64,000 bases of DNA. Source: a virus. Lineage: Duplodnaviria > Caudoviricetes. Positions 6,071 to 15,561 of the stretch are shown here, one piece after another (within the stretch, counting starts at the first letter, position 1; each line of letters starts with the position of its first letter). The notes below the pieces were generated by a model, which worked only from the letters and a program-made list of their open reading frames with translations, was not told the origin of the DNA and ran no database searches. The position numbers were made by a program, and so were the translations under genes. Location: positions 128,001-192,000 of IMG/VR virus record IMGVR_UViG_2595698868_000001. The stretch is one strand, 5' to 3'.

Positions 6071-8008
6071 TCAGGCTCCCATCGCTTGGTTGATATTGTC
6101 TTCCTTTTCCTTTGCTGCCTGCGCGATTCGCGCATCGAGCGAACCGTTGGCGACCAGGAAATAGGACATGATCTTCTCGGCCGTCTGCCCAATCCGGCAG
6201 GCCCGATCTTCACACTGCTCGATCATGCTCGGGACCCAATCGCCTTCGGCAAAGGCGACGTCGGCCGCGCGCGTCAGCGTAAAGCCCACGCCGGCGGCGG
6301 CGATGTTCCCGATGAAGAGTCGGCAGGATTCGTCGGTCTGGAAGCGGTCGACCTGGGCCTGCCGCTTGTGCATGGGCGTGCCGCCCCAGATCACCGCCGG
6401 ACACCAGTTATCCATCCGCTCTGCGATTGCCTTGACGACGTCGGAGTGATAGGCGAACAGCAGCAGCTTCTCGCCCCCTTCCAGGAAGTCGGAGACCCAC
6501 GGCGTGACGCAGGAGAGCTTGGCGATGCCGAGTTCACGGCGCACGGCCGCCATCTCCTCGAACAGGATCGCAACTGCCGGCGGCTCCAGGCCCGCGACGG
6601 CGGCGGCATAGTCGAGGTCCAGGGTACGCCAGTTCGGATGATCTGGGTCCATGTCGGCCGAGAAGCCGATGCGGGCGGCGTTGTCGATGATCTGGGCGCC
6701 GTGGACGATCTCATCAACGACCTCGCCCTGGCCGAGATGGACCTTCTCGTAGAGCTTCAGCATCTGCGCCAGTTCGTCCTCGCGGGCGACCAGGGCGCGG
6801 ATTTCCGGGCTGTCCATAGGGACGACGACGCGGCGCTTGGGCGGCAGTTCAGGAAGCACCTCGCGCTTGAGGCGTCGGACCATGAAGCTGCTGCGCATCT
6901 TCTCACCGAGTTCAGCGAGGTTGGTCGCGCCGTTCACAACCAGTGCGCCGTTCTTGCCACGCATGGGATCGTGATAGGCGCCGCAGTATTTGTAGACGTA
7001 GTCGAGATACTTGGAGCCCAGACCGTTTGGATCGAATGCCTTGACGATCGGCCACAACTCCACCGGCCGCGACATCATGGGTGTGCCTGACAGGAAGACA
7101 CGACGATTGGCGTCGATCGCGGTATGCCAGACCGATTCCGTCGACAGGCCCTTCGCGGCCCGCTCCTTCTTCTGCTGTTTGGTGTAGGTCTTCTGCCCGC
7201 CCAGCACGAACAACGTCCGGCCGCTCTGATCAGTCTTCAGGGCGTGACATTCGTCACACACGACGTAGTCCCAGGTCCGGCTCTTGATCTGATTGGTGAA
7301 CCGGTCCAGGATATCGTAGTTGATGATGACGATGTCGGTGTTAGGCCAATAGTCCTTCTGGACCTCGGCGACCCGATACTTCGGCTTGCCTTGGACTTCG
7401 ATCTTCTTGTACTTTGTTTGACCTGCCTTGGGGCCGGACTTGTAGACGCCGTCCTCGACCTTTTCGTAGGCCTTGGTGAAGCCGTCCTGCACGCGCTCCA
7501 CACGCGATGCCTCAGCGATCCCGAACGTCAAGTTCGGCACCATCCACTTGTCGATTTCACGCTTCCAGTTGACCTTCAGCGACGCCGGCACGATAAAGAT
7601 CGCGGACGTAATGGAGGTGTCGGCATTGAGGACGCCAATCGCTTGGATCGTCTTACCGAGGCCCGGCTGATCTGCGATCAGCGTATCCTTCCGCATCAGA
7701 GCGTACTCGATACCGGCGCGCTGATAGGGTAGATATTCGAGCCCAGGGGGCGACGGGGGCACGTAGTCCGTCGTCGCCTTCCACGACATCTCCTCGCTGA
7801 TCTTGGCGACTTCGAGCGTGTGCTGGACATGTTCCAGCGCTCGCTCGCGCCAGTAGACGCCAGTCACCTTTTGGGCGACGTCCAGGCGATCGGTGACCCA
7901 GGCGCGGCGCAGCTTCGAGAACGTGAAGCCCGCCTCCTTCCAGAGGTGACGTTCTTCGTACGTCCCCATCCCGTAGAAGAGGTTGTCGCGGAAGTCGATG
8001 TGAGCCAT
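6071..8008 (-). CDS. SNF2-family (HARP/SMARCAL1-like) helicase
   Basis: LIADQPGLGKT, DECH, LSGTP, MVRRLK, AAGVGFTLT, QCEDRACRIGQ. Confidence 0.92.
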   Translation of the reverse strand: MAHIDFRDNLFYGMGTYEERHLWKEAGFTFSKLRRAWVTDRLDVAQKVTGVYWRERALEHVQHTLEVAKISEEMSWKATTDYVPPSPPGLEYLPYQRAGIEYALMRKDTLIADQPGLGKTIQAIGVLNADTSITSAIFIVPASLKVNWKREIDKWMVPNLTFGIAEASRVERVQDGFTKAYEKVEDGVYKSGPKAGQTKYKKIEVQGKPKYRVAEVQKDYWPNTDIVIINYDILDRFTNQIKSRTWDYVVCDECHALKTDQSGRTLFVLGGQKTYTKQQKKERAAKGLSTESVWHTAIDANRRVFLSGTPMMSRPVELWPIVKAFDPNGLGSKYLDYVYKYCGAYHDPMRGKNGALVVNGATNLAELGEKMRSSFMVRRLKREVLPELPPKRRVVVPMDSPEIRALVAREDELAQMLKLYEKVHLGQGEVVDEIVHGAQIIDNAARIGFSADMDPDHPNWRTLDLDYAAAVAGLEPPAVAILFEEMAAVRRELGIAKLSCVTPWVSDFLEGGEKLLLFAYHSDVVKAIAERMDNWCPAVIWGGTPMHKRQAQVDRFQTDESCRLFIGNIAAAGVGFTLTRAADVAFAEGDWVPSMIEQCEDRACRIGQTAEKIMSYFLVANGSLDARIAQAAKEKEDNINQAMGA

Positions 8009-8011
8009 GCG

Positions 8012-8380
8012 TCAGGCTTGGACCTTCGAGCGGTTCTTCTCGCGGATGAGGTCCATCTTGTTCTCGACGCGGCGCCATTCTTCCACGCCGAGCGTCAGCC
8101 CATCGTAACCATAGGCTTCGGCCGTAAGGAGCGCGGCGTTCAGTACGCCGGCGATCTCCTGGTACGGACGCCCCTTAGGGCGCCCGTAGGTGTGATTGAG
8201 TTGCTCCAGAGCCTTCTCACGTGAGATGCCGGCGGCCTGGGCGAGTTCGATCGCTTCTTCCAGGACCCGGATGGCGCGGTCCTTTCGGCTATTCAAGGTC
8301 TTCTTGCCCAGGCAGCGCTCCAGCCAATCAGCCAAGTTGGTCTGGAGCAGCACCTTGATCTCGCTGGCGTGATCAAACAC
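8012..8380 (-). CDS. MazG-like nucleotide pyrophosphohydrolase-fold protein
   Basis: RVLEEAIEL..QEIAGV; paralogous to 39855-40244. Confidence 0.5.
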   Translation of the reverse strand: MFDHASEIKVLLQTNLADWLERCLGKKTLNSRKDRAIRVLEEAIELAQAAGISREKALEQLNHTYGRPKGRPYQEIAGVLNAALLTAEAYGYDGLTLGVEEWRRVENKMDLIREKNRSKVQA

Positions 8381-8392
8381 GAAACGTGACTC

Positions 8393-9601
8393 CTACTGGA
8401 ACTCGGTGCCGCCCTTGCGGGTCAGGTACGCTTCCGAGACGTGCTTGAGGATCGGGCGCAGGCGCTTGCCCGAGTCGAGCGTACGCTTGCGCTGATCGCC
8501 GGCGGCCGTGACCACCACACCTTCGCGGATGTTGGGGCCTTCCTGCTGATCCATCTTGCGGCCGAGCGTAGTCGTGCCCGACGCCAGCTTGTCGATCACC
8601 GCGCGATCGAACGGCCCCTTGTAGAGGACGGGGACGCGGTCGACGCCCATGGCGGCAAAGAAGGCCATCTTGTCGGCGTCATCCAGGTAGGACGTGCCGT
8701 GATTGTCGGAGACCCCAACGTCGAACGCCGCGAACGCCTTGGTCGTGAGGCCGTAATGCAGGTCTTGCACGCCGGCGCCGTAGACTTCGCCCAGCAGGTG
8801 AACACGGCAGCCGGGGAAGCGGGTCTGAGCCACTTCCTGAAGCTTGTCCGCCAGAGGCGCCAGCACCTTGACGTACAGCGTCTTGTCCAGGTTCTTCTGG
8901 ACGTTGATGAAGGTCAGGCCATCGGCGCCCATGCCCTTCGTCGAGATCGCGACGCGGCCGTCGCCGAACAGTTCGGGATCGGGCGCGGCGTCATCGACGT
9001 GGCTGATACGGGCCAGAGTACCGTGCAGCTTTTCGGTTACCACGACTTCTTCGCCGTCCTCAAACAAGTCCGGGAACGCCTTGATGTTCTCGATGTCGTA
9101 GTCCAGGCGCGACTCAAAGACGCCCTTCATCAAGCCGTCCATGCTGGTCGGCACTTCGGGAACGTACTTGGTGATGCCGAAGAACGGGGCGACATCTTCG
9201 TACAGGCTGACCTTCTTTCGACTCGCAGGGAAGATGCCCGCGCCAGCGTCGCCGAAGCCGACGATGATGCGGCCATTGACGTCACTGGTCTTCCAGACAA
9301 GGCCCTGGCTCAGCACGCCACGCAGCGTGATCGCCTTGACGCGGTTTCCGCGCGCGCCGGCCAGGATACCGACGCCCTTATCGGCGTTCCAGTATCCGCG
9401 CTCTTTAAGGTGCTGATCTGGTACGACCGCGCCCTCAGGCACGTAGATGACGTACTCGCCCTTGACGTAGCGGTGAGAGCCGTCCGGGTTCTTATTGGCG
9501 ATCGCCTCGTAACCGCGAATGCGCAGGATCGAAAGGCGGTCGGCATTGGGGTGGTCGTAAACGTCGTCGACCAGCAGGATCGGGACTTCGAAAGTGCTCA
9601 T
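8393..9601 (-). CDS. RNA ligase (DRB0094/Rnl2-like with N-terminal OB domain)
   Basis: HPNADRL, TLRGVLSQGL, TEKLHGT (motif I), GEVYG, FDV, REGVVV, YLTRKGGTE. Confidence 0.9.
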   Translation of the reverse strand: MSTFEVPILLVDDVYDHPNADRLSILRIRGYEAIANKNPDGSHRYVKGEYVIYVPEGAVVPDQHLKERGYWNADKGVGILAGARGNRVKAITLRGVLSQGLVWKTSDVNGRIIVGFGDAGAGIFPASRKKVSLYEDVAPFFGITKYVPEVPTSMDGLMKGVFESRLDYDIENIKAFPDLFEDGEEVVVTEKLHGTLARISHVDDAAPDPELFGDGRVAISTKGMGADGLTFINVQKNLDKTLYVKVLAPLADKLQEVAQTRFPGCRVHLLGEVYGAGVQDLHYGLTTKAFAAFDVGVSDNHGTSYLDDADKMAFFAAMGVDRVPVLYKGPFDRAVIDKLASGTTTLGRKMDQQEGPNIREGVVVTAAGDQRKRTLDSGKRLRPILKHVSEAYLTRKGGTEFQ

Positions 9602-9674
9602 AGGGTCCTCGGGGTTTTCCCATGGACCCTATGGTTAACGGCTAGGACGTGTCAAGAATTCTGGCGCCTGGGCG

Positions 9675-9887
9675 TCAGTAGGGCTGTCGCTTCAGCGCCT
9701 GGGCGTCGTCCCAGAAAAGGTAGGTGACCAGGACGATCAGCGCGGGGACAATCCACCATCCGATCAGATTGGCGAGCGCGGCCACGAGAGCCCACGACAG
9801 AAAGCCGGCGATCACGCCACCAAAGCGGTTCCAGTTGAGCCGCACTTCGCCGGCGACTTGAGACATCGAACGCATCGTTTCCTCCAT
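9675..9887 (-). CDS. small membrane protein
   Basis: Two hydrophobic segments; coupled to upstream ORF. Confidence 0.6.
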   Translation of the reverse strand: MEETMRSMSQVAGEVRLNWNRFGGVIAGFLSWALVAALANLIGWWIVPALIVLVTYLFWDDAQALKRQPY

Positions 9888-10348
9888 TATTGTTCTTCCT
9901 TCCGCATGGCCGAGCGAAGGGCGGTAAGCCGGCGACAGAACTCCGCCTGGGTCAGGACCGTATCGCGCGGATCGCGCTTACCGATCGAGTGCGTCAGCAC
10001 CGCATCGCCGGTGGCGAGCAGGGCCTTGCGGAAACCCTCGTTGGTGGCGAGCGCCATGTAGGCGCGATCCAGCAGAGTCTGATACTCGGGACCGTGCCGA
10101 TCGTATTCGACGCCGTTCCACCACAGCTTCTGCACACGCTGCCAGTGCTTGGACCGGCCGGCGCCGCGTTTCTTCGCCACGAGGCCGACGTTCTTGACGA
10201 CCTCACGCTGCATGTGAACCTTGTCGAACTTGAACGCCTGGAGCAGACCTTCCATCGACGCGACCAAGAGCCCGTCAAACCAGAAAGGGTGCGGGGCGAA
10301 GTTCGAGAGCGCGGATGACGGGTAGCCGCGACCGGAGCCGATGTCCAT
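9887..10348 (-). CDS. T4 gp30.3-like / NADAR-superfamily protein
   Basis: YPSSALSNFAPHPF, SMEGLLQAFK, FRKALLATG, TVLTQAEF. Confidence 0.8.
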   Translation of the reverse strand: MDIGSGRGYPSSALSNFAPHPFWFDGLLVASMEGLLQAFKFDKVHMQREVVKNVGLVAKKRGAGRSKHWQRVQKLWWNGVEYDRHGPEYQTLLDRAYMALATNEGFRKALLATGDAVLTHSIGKRDPRDTVLTQAEFCRRLTALRSAMRKEEQ

Positions 10349-10617
10349 CAGCGGGTGATCTCCACCGCCGGCGGACGCGGGAACGCACGCAGCGTGTCGT
10401 AAAGGACCGTGGGATGATAGAGCAGGTAGATGAAGCTGAAGATGCTCGCGATGCAGATCGCGTAAGCGCAGCGCGTCGCCACGGCATCTGAGCCGGTATT
10501 GCCACCGAAGGCCTTACCCAACAGCGACATGATGACGCTCGCCACGAGCGAGAAGAACGCCAGGATTCCGAGGACGACAAACACAGCGCCGTTCAGATTT
10601 GCGGCCCAGAACGGCAT
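10348..10617 (-). CDS. small membrane protein
   Basis: Two predicted TM helices; overlapping start/stop. Confidence 0.6.
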   Translation of the reverse strand: MPFWAANLNGAVFVVLGILAFFSLVASVIMSLLGKAFGGNTGSDAVATRCAYAICIASIFSFIYLLYHPTVLYDTLRAFPRPPAVEITR

Positions 10618-10958
10618 CAGAAGTCGAGTCCCAGGTCTTTACGCTGCTCAGGCGTCAGCGCCGCCATAGCCGCGCTCTTGGCTTCAGCCTTTTGCCGACC
10701 ACGCTGCGCGATGAGGTCGATATTGAGGTCCGAAGCGGGGAACCCATCCTGGGCGCCCTCGGCAAGCAGATAGTATCGGTCACCGACCTTGATTGCGTAG
10801 CGTTCGCGGACTGTGCCCATACCGCCGAAGTAGCCTTTTCCGGTCGCGGCATAGTCGGCTTCGCCTGACGAAGCGAAGTAGCCGACAATGCCGCCGACAA
10901 CGCCACGATCATCGGTGGTCGTATAGGTGACGTACAGGCGGACGATCTTCGCTTCCAT
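10617..10958 (-). CDS. hypothetical protein
   Basis: Coupled ORF; C-terminal AMAALTPEQRKDLGL motif common in phage proteins. Confidence 0.65.
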   Translation of the reverse strand: MEAKIVRLYVTYTTTDDRGVVGGIVGYFASSGEADYAATGKGYFGGMGTVRERYAIKVGDRYYLLAEGAQDGFPASDLNIDLIAQRGRQKAEAKSAAMAALTPEQRKDLGLDF

Positions 10959-11815
10959 TAGCCGACTCCTAGGGCATCGAGCAGAAGCTGATTAGCCTCG
11001 CGCTCGAAGGCGGCATTCGGCGGCAGCCTGTCGAAGCCCTTCTCCTTCACCCAGCCGATCGACGACTCCACGAAGCTGTCGAGCGCCGGGATACGCGTGC
11101 CGTGACCGACTTCGCCCATGGTCGCCTTGCGGCCCAGGAGCTTCGCCACTTCGTCGCGAGCGGCATCGGGAATGATGTCATGCGACATAAGCTGCGGCAG
11201 CGTCATCGGCGGGACTTCGCCGTAGCGCTGAATCCAAGCGATCGCGCAGGCGCCCCGGATGGCGTAGAGGTACTTCTTGAGGTTGACCGTGGTGATGCCT
11301 TTGATCATCACGCCGTCGCGCTCATGCTGGGCGAGCACCTCAGCCGTCGGACGGTTGTTGATCTCGCCCTCGTAGCACTGCCGAGTCAGCCCGAAGTAGT
11401 GGCGGGCGCTGGCTTCCGGGCTGGAGTTACGCTTGATCAGGTCGCGAAGCTTGTAGGGCAGCGGACCATGCTCGCGATAGATCAGCGGACTGGACAGCCA
11501 TTCGGCGACCGTGGCGTTGCCCTTGACGAGCAGCCCCAGGGCCTTACGCAGGTCCCAGCCATTCAGGTCCCAGACACCTTCAATCGGACGCTCGATCACG
11601 TCGCGCGGCGTCGTCAGCCCCAGATATTGCGAGAGCGGGCGAACGTAGAAGAACCGGACGTCGTTGTCGCTATCCGGCGACGGGAAGCCCCAGGCGCGCG
11701 AGCCGCTCTCCACCGCGAACACGATGGTGACGTTGTCCTCGGCTTCGACCCGCCCGAGACGGTTGTTGGCCTCGCCATAGACATCCAGCGGCAGGGTAGG
11801 GGCAGTGAACGACAT
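10958..11815 (-). CDS. YcgL/Nuc-transf family nucleotidyltransferase
   Basis: AVESGSRAWGFPSPDSDNDVRF, GWDLRKAL, EWLSSP, LKKYLY. Confidence 0.88.
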   Translation of the reverse strand: MSFTAPTLPLDVYGEANNRLGRVEAEDNVTIVFAVESGSRAWGFPSPDSDNDVRFFYVRPLSQYLGLTTPRDVIERPIEGVWDLNGWDLRKALGLLVKGNATVAEWLSSPLIYREHGPLPYKLRDLIKRNSSPEASARHYFGLTRQCYEGEINNRPTAEVLAQHERDGVMIKGITTVNLKKYLYAIRGACAIAWIQRYGEVPPMTLPQLMSHDIIPDAARDEVAKLLGRKATMGEVGHGTRIPALDSFVESSIGWVKEKGFDRLPPNAAFEREANQLLLDALGVG

Positions 11816-11860
11816 AGGGCTCCTCTCGTCAGTCTGGACGGCAGTTACCCGCACTACCTG

Positions 11861-11875
11861 CCGGCTGTCAACTCT
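11861..11875 (-). promoter_or_regulatory. phage promoter motif AGAGTTGACAGCCGG
   Basis: Same motif recurs ~15 times upstream of genes in this window. Confidence 0.7.
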
Positions 11876-12122
11876 TGTTGTCTATGCTCGTGGCTGGGAA
11901 GTTGCGACCTTCAGGCCAGACCGCCGGCACCGCGACCGGCGTCAGGTCGTACTCTCGAAGGAGCGCGCCGGCCGCCTGGAGCGCAAGGCTCTTGTCGCCT
12001 GCGGTCGCGCGCTTCCAGCGCTCCTGGCGCAGTTCGTCCAGGGTCCAAGGCGTCCCCGGCGGCAGCGGCAGGTACGGGCCAAGTACCGCCCGAGCCACCT
12101 GCATCTTCAGGTCTTCACTCAT
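11868..12122 (-). CDS. hypothetical protein
   Basis: 84-aa ORF in operon. Confidence 0.55.
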   Translation of the reverse strand: MSEDLKMQVARAVLGPYLPLPPGTPWTLDELRQERWKRATAGDKSLALQAAGALLREYDLTPVAVPAVWPEGRNFPATSIDNKS

Positions 12123-12496
12123 TTGCGCCGCTTCCGTGGCTTGACCGGCGCTTGGGTGACCGTCTTGTTGGTGAAGACCTGCTTCACGCAGGGTTCCCCG
12201 TTTTCGTCCGGTAGCACGATCGTGAACTTCGTGTAGGTGCTGTGCTGGCCGGTCTTGAAGTCCTCGGCCTCGCGCATCGTCATGGACGGCATCGGTTGGC
12301 CTTTGACGAGATAGCCATCCAGGGCGCTGGGCGGCCGATCCCAGGACATCGGGATGCCCTCTAGATAGGGTCCCGTCGCCAGCGCTTTGAGCTTGCTGGC
12401 GATCTCGTGAATCTTCGGACTGTCGGGCGAGATAAGATAGGCGTGCTGGACCGTCTCCTCGACGATCATGAGGACGCTGCCATTGGGATAGGTCAT
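12119..12496 (-). CDS. hypothetical protein
   Basis: ATG 12496 overlaps upstream stop. Confidence 0.6.
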   Translation of the reverse strand: MTYPNGSVLMIVEETVQHAYLISPDSPKIHEIASKLKALATGPYLEGIPMSWDRPPSALDGYLVKGQPMPSMTMREAEDFKTGQHSTYTKFTIVLPDENGEPCVKQVFTNKTVTQAPVKPRKRRK

Positions 12497-13137
12497 GAGG
12501 CCTTCTTCTCCGCGTGCTTGTCCCACAACCCGCCGTGATACCGAATGTCCGCCTCGTAGTGCCACACCATCCTGCGAGCGTCCTTGGCGGCCTTGCGCCC
12601 GCGCACCGTATCCTTTTGGCGCTCGGCCTCGGCGGTGTACTGCGCGATTTTGGCCTCGTCGTAGGCGCGCTCAGCGGCTTTATGTCCGTACGTTACCGCT
12701 CGGAACTTCTGATAGAACCAGACGGCGCCGGGACCATCATCGTACATCCAACTCGGCGCGCCGAAGATGTTGATGAACAGCGGCGCCTTTTCGTTCTTCC
12801 GGATGATCACGCGGCCCCAGCCGCTAGGGGCGGTGTGCTGTGGACGCGAATCGTCCTTGGGATTGAAGTATTCGACTTCCCAGGTGTGATTGTCGTCCAG
12901 CACGTTGATCTCGCGCTCGGGCCGGAACGGATGCCACAACTCGCGCACTAGCCGATAGACCGTCTGGGCCGGGTCCTCGCCCGGCACCAGATCATGGGTC
13001 GTGATGCCGTAGTGATGGTCGCACTCGATCCCGATCACTTCGGTGGCATTCTCCGGACCTAGGCCGCCGGCCGAGGCCGGTGTCAGGTAGCTGGCGTAGT
13101 CCACGCCAAACCGAAGCGGGATGTACGAATGCGCCAT
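12493..13137 (-). CDS. hypothetical protein
   Basis: 214-aa ORF with RBS AGGAG. Confidence 0.7.
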   Translation of the reverse strand: MAHSYIPLRFGVDYASYLTPASAGGLGPENATEVIGIECDHHYGITTHDLVPGEDPAQTVYRLVRELWHPFRPEREINVLDDNHTWEVEYFNPKDDSRPQHTAPSGWGRVIIRKNEKAPLFINIFGAPSWMYDDGPGAVWFYQKFRAVTYGHKAAERAYDEAKIAQYTAEAERQKDTVRGRKAAKDARRMVWHYEADIRYHGGLWDKHAEKKAS

Positions 13138-13146
13138 CTCGGGCTC

Positions 13147-13845
13147 CTACAGCGTGCGGGACGGCAGCACGCGGCCCGGACCACCCGGTGGGCGGCGATA
13201 GGGCGTAGGCGCAGGAGGCGGCGCGACTGACGGCGTGCGCGCGGTCACAGCGGCGGTCGTGATCGGCTTGATCTTGCGCGGCTTCGGCGCCGTCAGGCTC
13301 TTGAACCACTTCAAGACGCCGGCGTACCACGGCGTATAGAGGCGCAGGCGGCCGTGCGGAAAACGCGAAGCGCTGGGCAGTTCGCCGAAAAAGTTGCCCC
13401 GCGTTCCGCGCTTCGGCTGGACTGCGAAGTAGACGCAGCCATTGGCGAACGTCCACTTCTCAACAGCGACGCCGCGATACCCCGACACATGATCGTAGAC
13501 ATAGTCGCCGATCTTGATCGTGACGGTATCGTCTTCGGCCGGCAGCTTGTCGGAGTAGCCGACGCCGATCTGCTCCAGCAGATGGTAGTCGACGAAGTGG
13601 GCGTCCATCACCTTCTCGGCATCGCCCTTGGCAGGGCGCGGCTGGATGGCGTACTGGATGTTGCCGCTCATGAATTCGAGCCGCGCCGATGCGAAGCCCT
13701 TGAGCGCCGACATCGGGTCGCGAATTTCGATGCCCAGACGCGTCTTTTCCGTGACCGGGATAGGCGTAAACGCAGGCTTCGCGGTGGTCTTACGCGTCGC
13801 CGTCGAGCGACGCGGCGTAGGCTTCTTCAGGTTGATGTCCGTCAT
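13147..13845 (-). CDS. hypothetical protein with two tandem SH3-like repeats
   Basis: LGIEIRDPMSALKGFASARLEFMSGNIQYAIQP vs IGDYVYDHVSGYRGVAVEKWTFANGCVYFAVQP. Confidence 0.7.
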   Translation of the reverse strand: MTDINLKKPTPRRSTATRKTTAKPAFTPIPVTEKTRLGIEIRDPMSALKGFASARLEFMSGNIQYAIQPRPAKGDAEKVMDAHFVDYHLLEQIGVGYSDKLPAEDDTVTIKIGDYVYDHVSGYRGVAVEKWTFANGCVYFAVQPKRGTRGNFFGELPSASRFPHGRLRLYTPWYAGVLKWFKSLTAPKPRKIKPITTAAVTARTPSVAPPPAPTPYRRPPGGPGRVLPSRTL

Positions 13846-14264
13846 TGCTTCGTTTCCTTGTCGAACATGTTGGCGGTCCGAATGAGTGCCGAAATCTTGT
13901 CCTGGAGGTAGTTCCAGGTCTCGGGCGAGCGTAGGCGCAGTTCAGCGCGCTCGGTCCCGAGCCCGGCGGCAGGGATGATGACGATGCCACCCTGCTTGAC
14001 CTTGTCGAACAGCGGCTTCATGTCCTGGTCGATGATGCGGTTTTGCGCCTCGACCGCCGCAGGATCGTTCGTGAAGAACGCGTCCTCGGACATCGACGGC
14101 AGGTACTTGGTGGCGACGCCGATCCCGTTGGGCTCGTTGCGCATCTCGGCCGCCTGCCCGCCGTCGCCATATCGGGCGACGTTGTCGCCAAAGACGTAGA
14201 GGACGTCGATGTTGCGGCGCAGATCGCGCCGCGCGATGTGATGCTGGAACAGGACCGGCATCAC
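13842..14264 (-). CDS. conserved phage protein (YVFGDN family, possible macro-like fold)
   Basis: LYVFGDN..GGQAAEMRNEPNGIGVATK..GLGTERAEL. Confidence 0.65.
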   Translation of the reverse strand: MMPVLFQHHIARRDLRRNIDVLYVFGDNVARYGDGGQAAEMRNEPNGIGVATKYLPSMSEDAFFTNDPAAVEAQNRIIDQDMKPLFDKVKQGGIVIIPAAGLGTERAELRLRSPETWNYLQDKISALIRTANMFDKETKQ

Positions 14265-15556
14265 TTATCCTCGTCGGCCTTGGCGTTGAAGTGCGTGTGG
14301 TAGGCGTCGCGCAGCGCACGGTCATAGGCCGTAACAAACGGATGCTCCGCCCCGCCTTCACCTTCGCCGGCCGTACGCTCGCAGTAGTTCACAAGGCTGT
14401 CGCGTTGGGTGTCTTCCAAAGTGTCGGTGTTGTCGTAGTTGGGGTAGTCGGCCTTGGCTCGGCTGATGCCGGTTTCCTTACCGACCGCGATCGCACGCTC
14501 CAGCGTCCAGACGATGCTGTTGTAGCCCTCGCGGTAACCGTCCTCGTACCCTTCCTGATACCACTCGCGCTCGTGCAGTTCGATCGCATCGTTCGGGAAC
14601 TTGAAGTCGTTCTGCCAGTCCGCGTCGTAGCCCAGATTGGCATCCTTGGCGCCGTCGGTCTTGCCGTCCTCCAAGCCACGGGCGCCCCACCATTCGGCAT
14701 CGTGGGTTTCACGCTCTTCGGCCAGAGCCTCTTCGACGCGATCGACGATCTCGTCAGCCGGCTCGGTCACCGGGCGATACCGATTGTCGACGATGTCCTT
14801 GAAGTGGTTCTTGGCGTCCTCTTCCGGAATCTCGCCGGCGACGAAGAGTTCGCAGCAGCGCAGCTTCTGGTCGTCGTGGTCCGCCGGGATCGCCGTGACG
14901 TGCTCGGGATCGACGCGGATGATCATCACCCGACCACGCTGCGGGTACCAGAACTTCAGGTACTCGAAAGAACAGACGTGAAGACCGCGCGAACAGGTCT
15001 GATGTCGATTCGGGTCGCAGTCCTCGCGACGCATATTGGGGGTCGTACCCGGAAGATATTGGACCTTGCCGTTCTCGCCCGAGGCGTAGGACCAGTATTC
15101 GTCGTCGACCTTCTTGAAGCCGTAGAGGTAACCGTCCTCGTCGAGAGGCAGGTTGCCCTTCTCCATGAAGCGGTAGAGGTCTTCGGCCACGGTCGGGTCA
15201 GGATTGCGCGACAGCCGTTCGATGAAATTGGCGAGCGACACGAAGCTCATGCCTTGCTCGATCAGCTTGCTGATGCGCCCGGTGAGCCCGTAGTCGATGA
15301 GCTTGCCATCCAGGCGCAGACGATCGGTCTCGTCGACCGTGACGCGACCGTGACTGAGCTTGGCGACCCATTGGACAGCGTCGGCGATGTCACTGATCGC
15401 TTCGACGTCGTGAACCGGCGCGCGCAGCAACTCCTCCAACTGCCGACCACGCTCGGACGAGAGAAGGAAAGAACGCCAGCGCTGATTCACCAGGACGCCG
15501 ACACGGGCGTTGGGTCGGCCTCGGCCGCTGATCATGTAGGGCAGCTTGTCAGTCAT
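14261..15556 (-). CDS. rIIB: rIIB-like protein
   Basis: FIERLSRNP..LYRFM..GFKKV..TCSRGLHVCS..KLRCC; follows rIIA. Confidence 0.9.
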   Translation of the reverse strand: MTDKLPYMISGRGRPNARVGVLVNQRWRSFLLSSERGRQLEELLRAPVHDVEAISDIADAVQWVAKLSHGRVTVDETDRLRLDGKLIDYGLTGRISKLIEQGMSFVSLANFIERLSRNPDPTVAEDLYRFMEKGNLPLDEDGYLYGFKKVDDEYWSYASGENGKVQYLPGTTPNMRREDCDPNRHQTCSRGLHVCSFEYLKFWYPQRGRVMIIRVDPEHVTAIPADHDDQKLRCCELFVAGEIPEEDAKNHFKDIVDNRYRPVTEPADEIVDRVEEALAEERETHDAEWWGARGLEDGKTDGAKDANLGYDADWQNDFKFPNDAIELHEREWYQEGYEDGYREGYNSIVWTLERAIAVGKETGISRAKADYPNYDNTDTLEDTQRDSLVNYCERTAGEGEGGAEHPFVTAYDRALRDAYHTHFNAKADEDK

Positions 15557-15561
15557 GGTCG

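Noticed and set aside
7380-7500. Basic insertion in the SNF2 helicase as a possible intein
   Set aside because: Only ~45 aa and lacks intein splice residues (N-terminal C/S, C-terminal HN)
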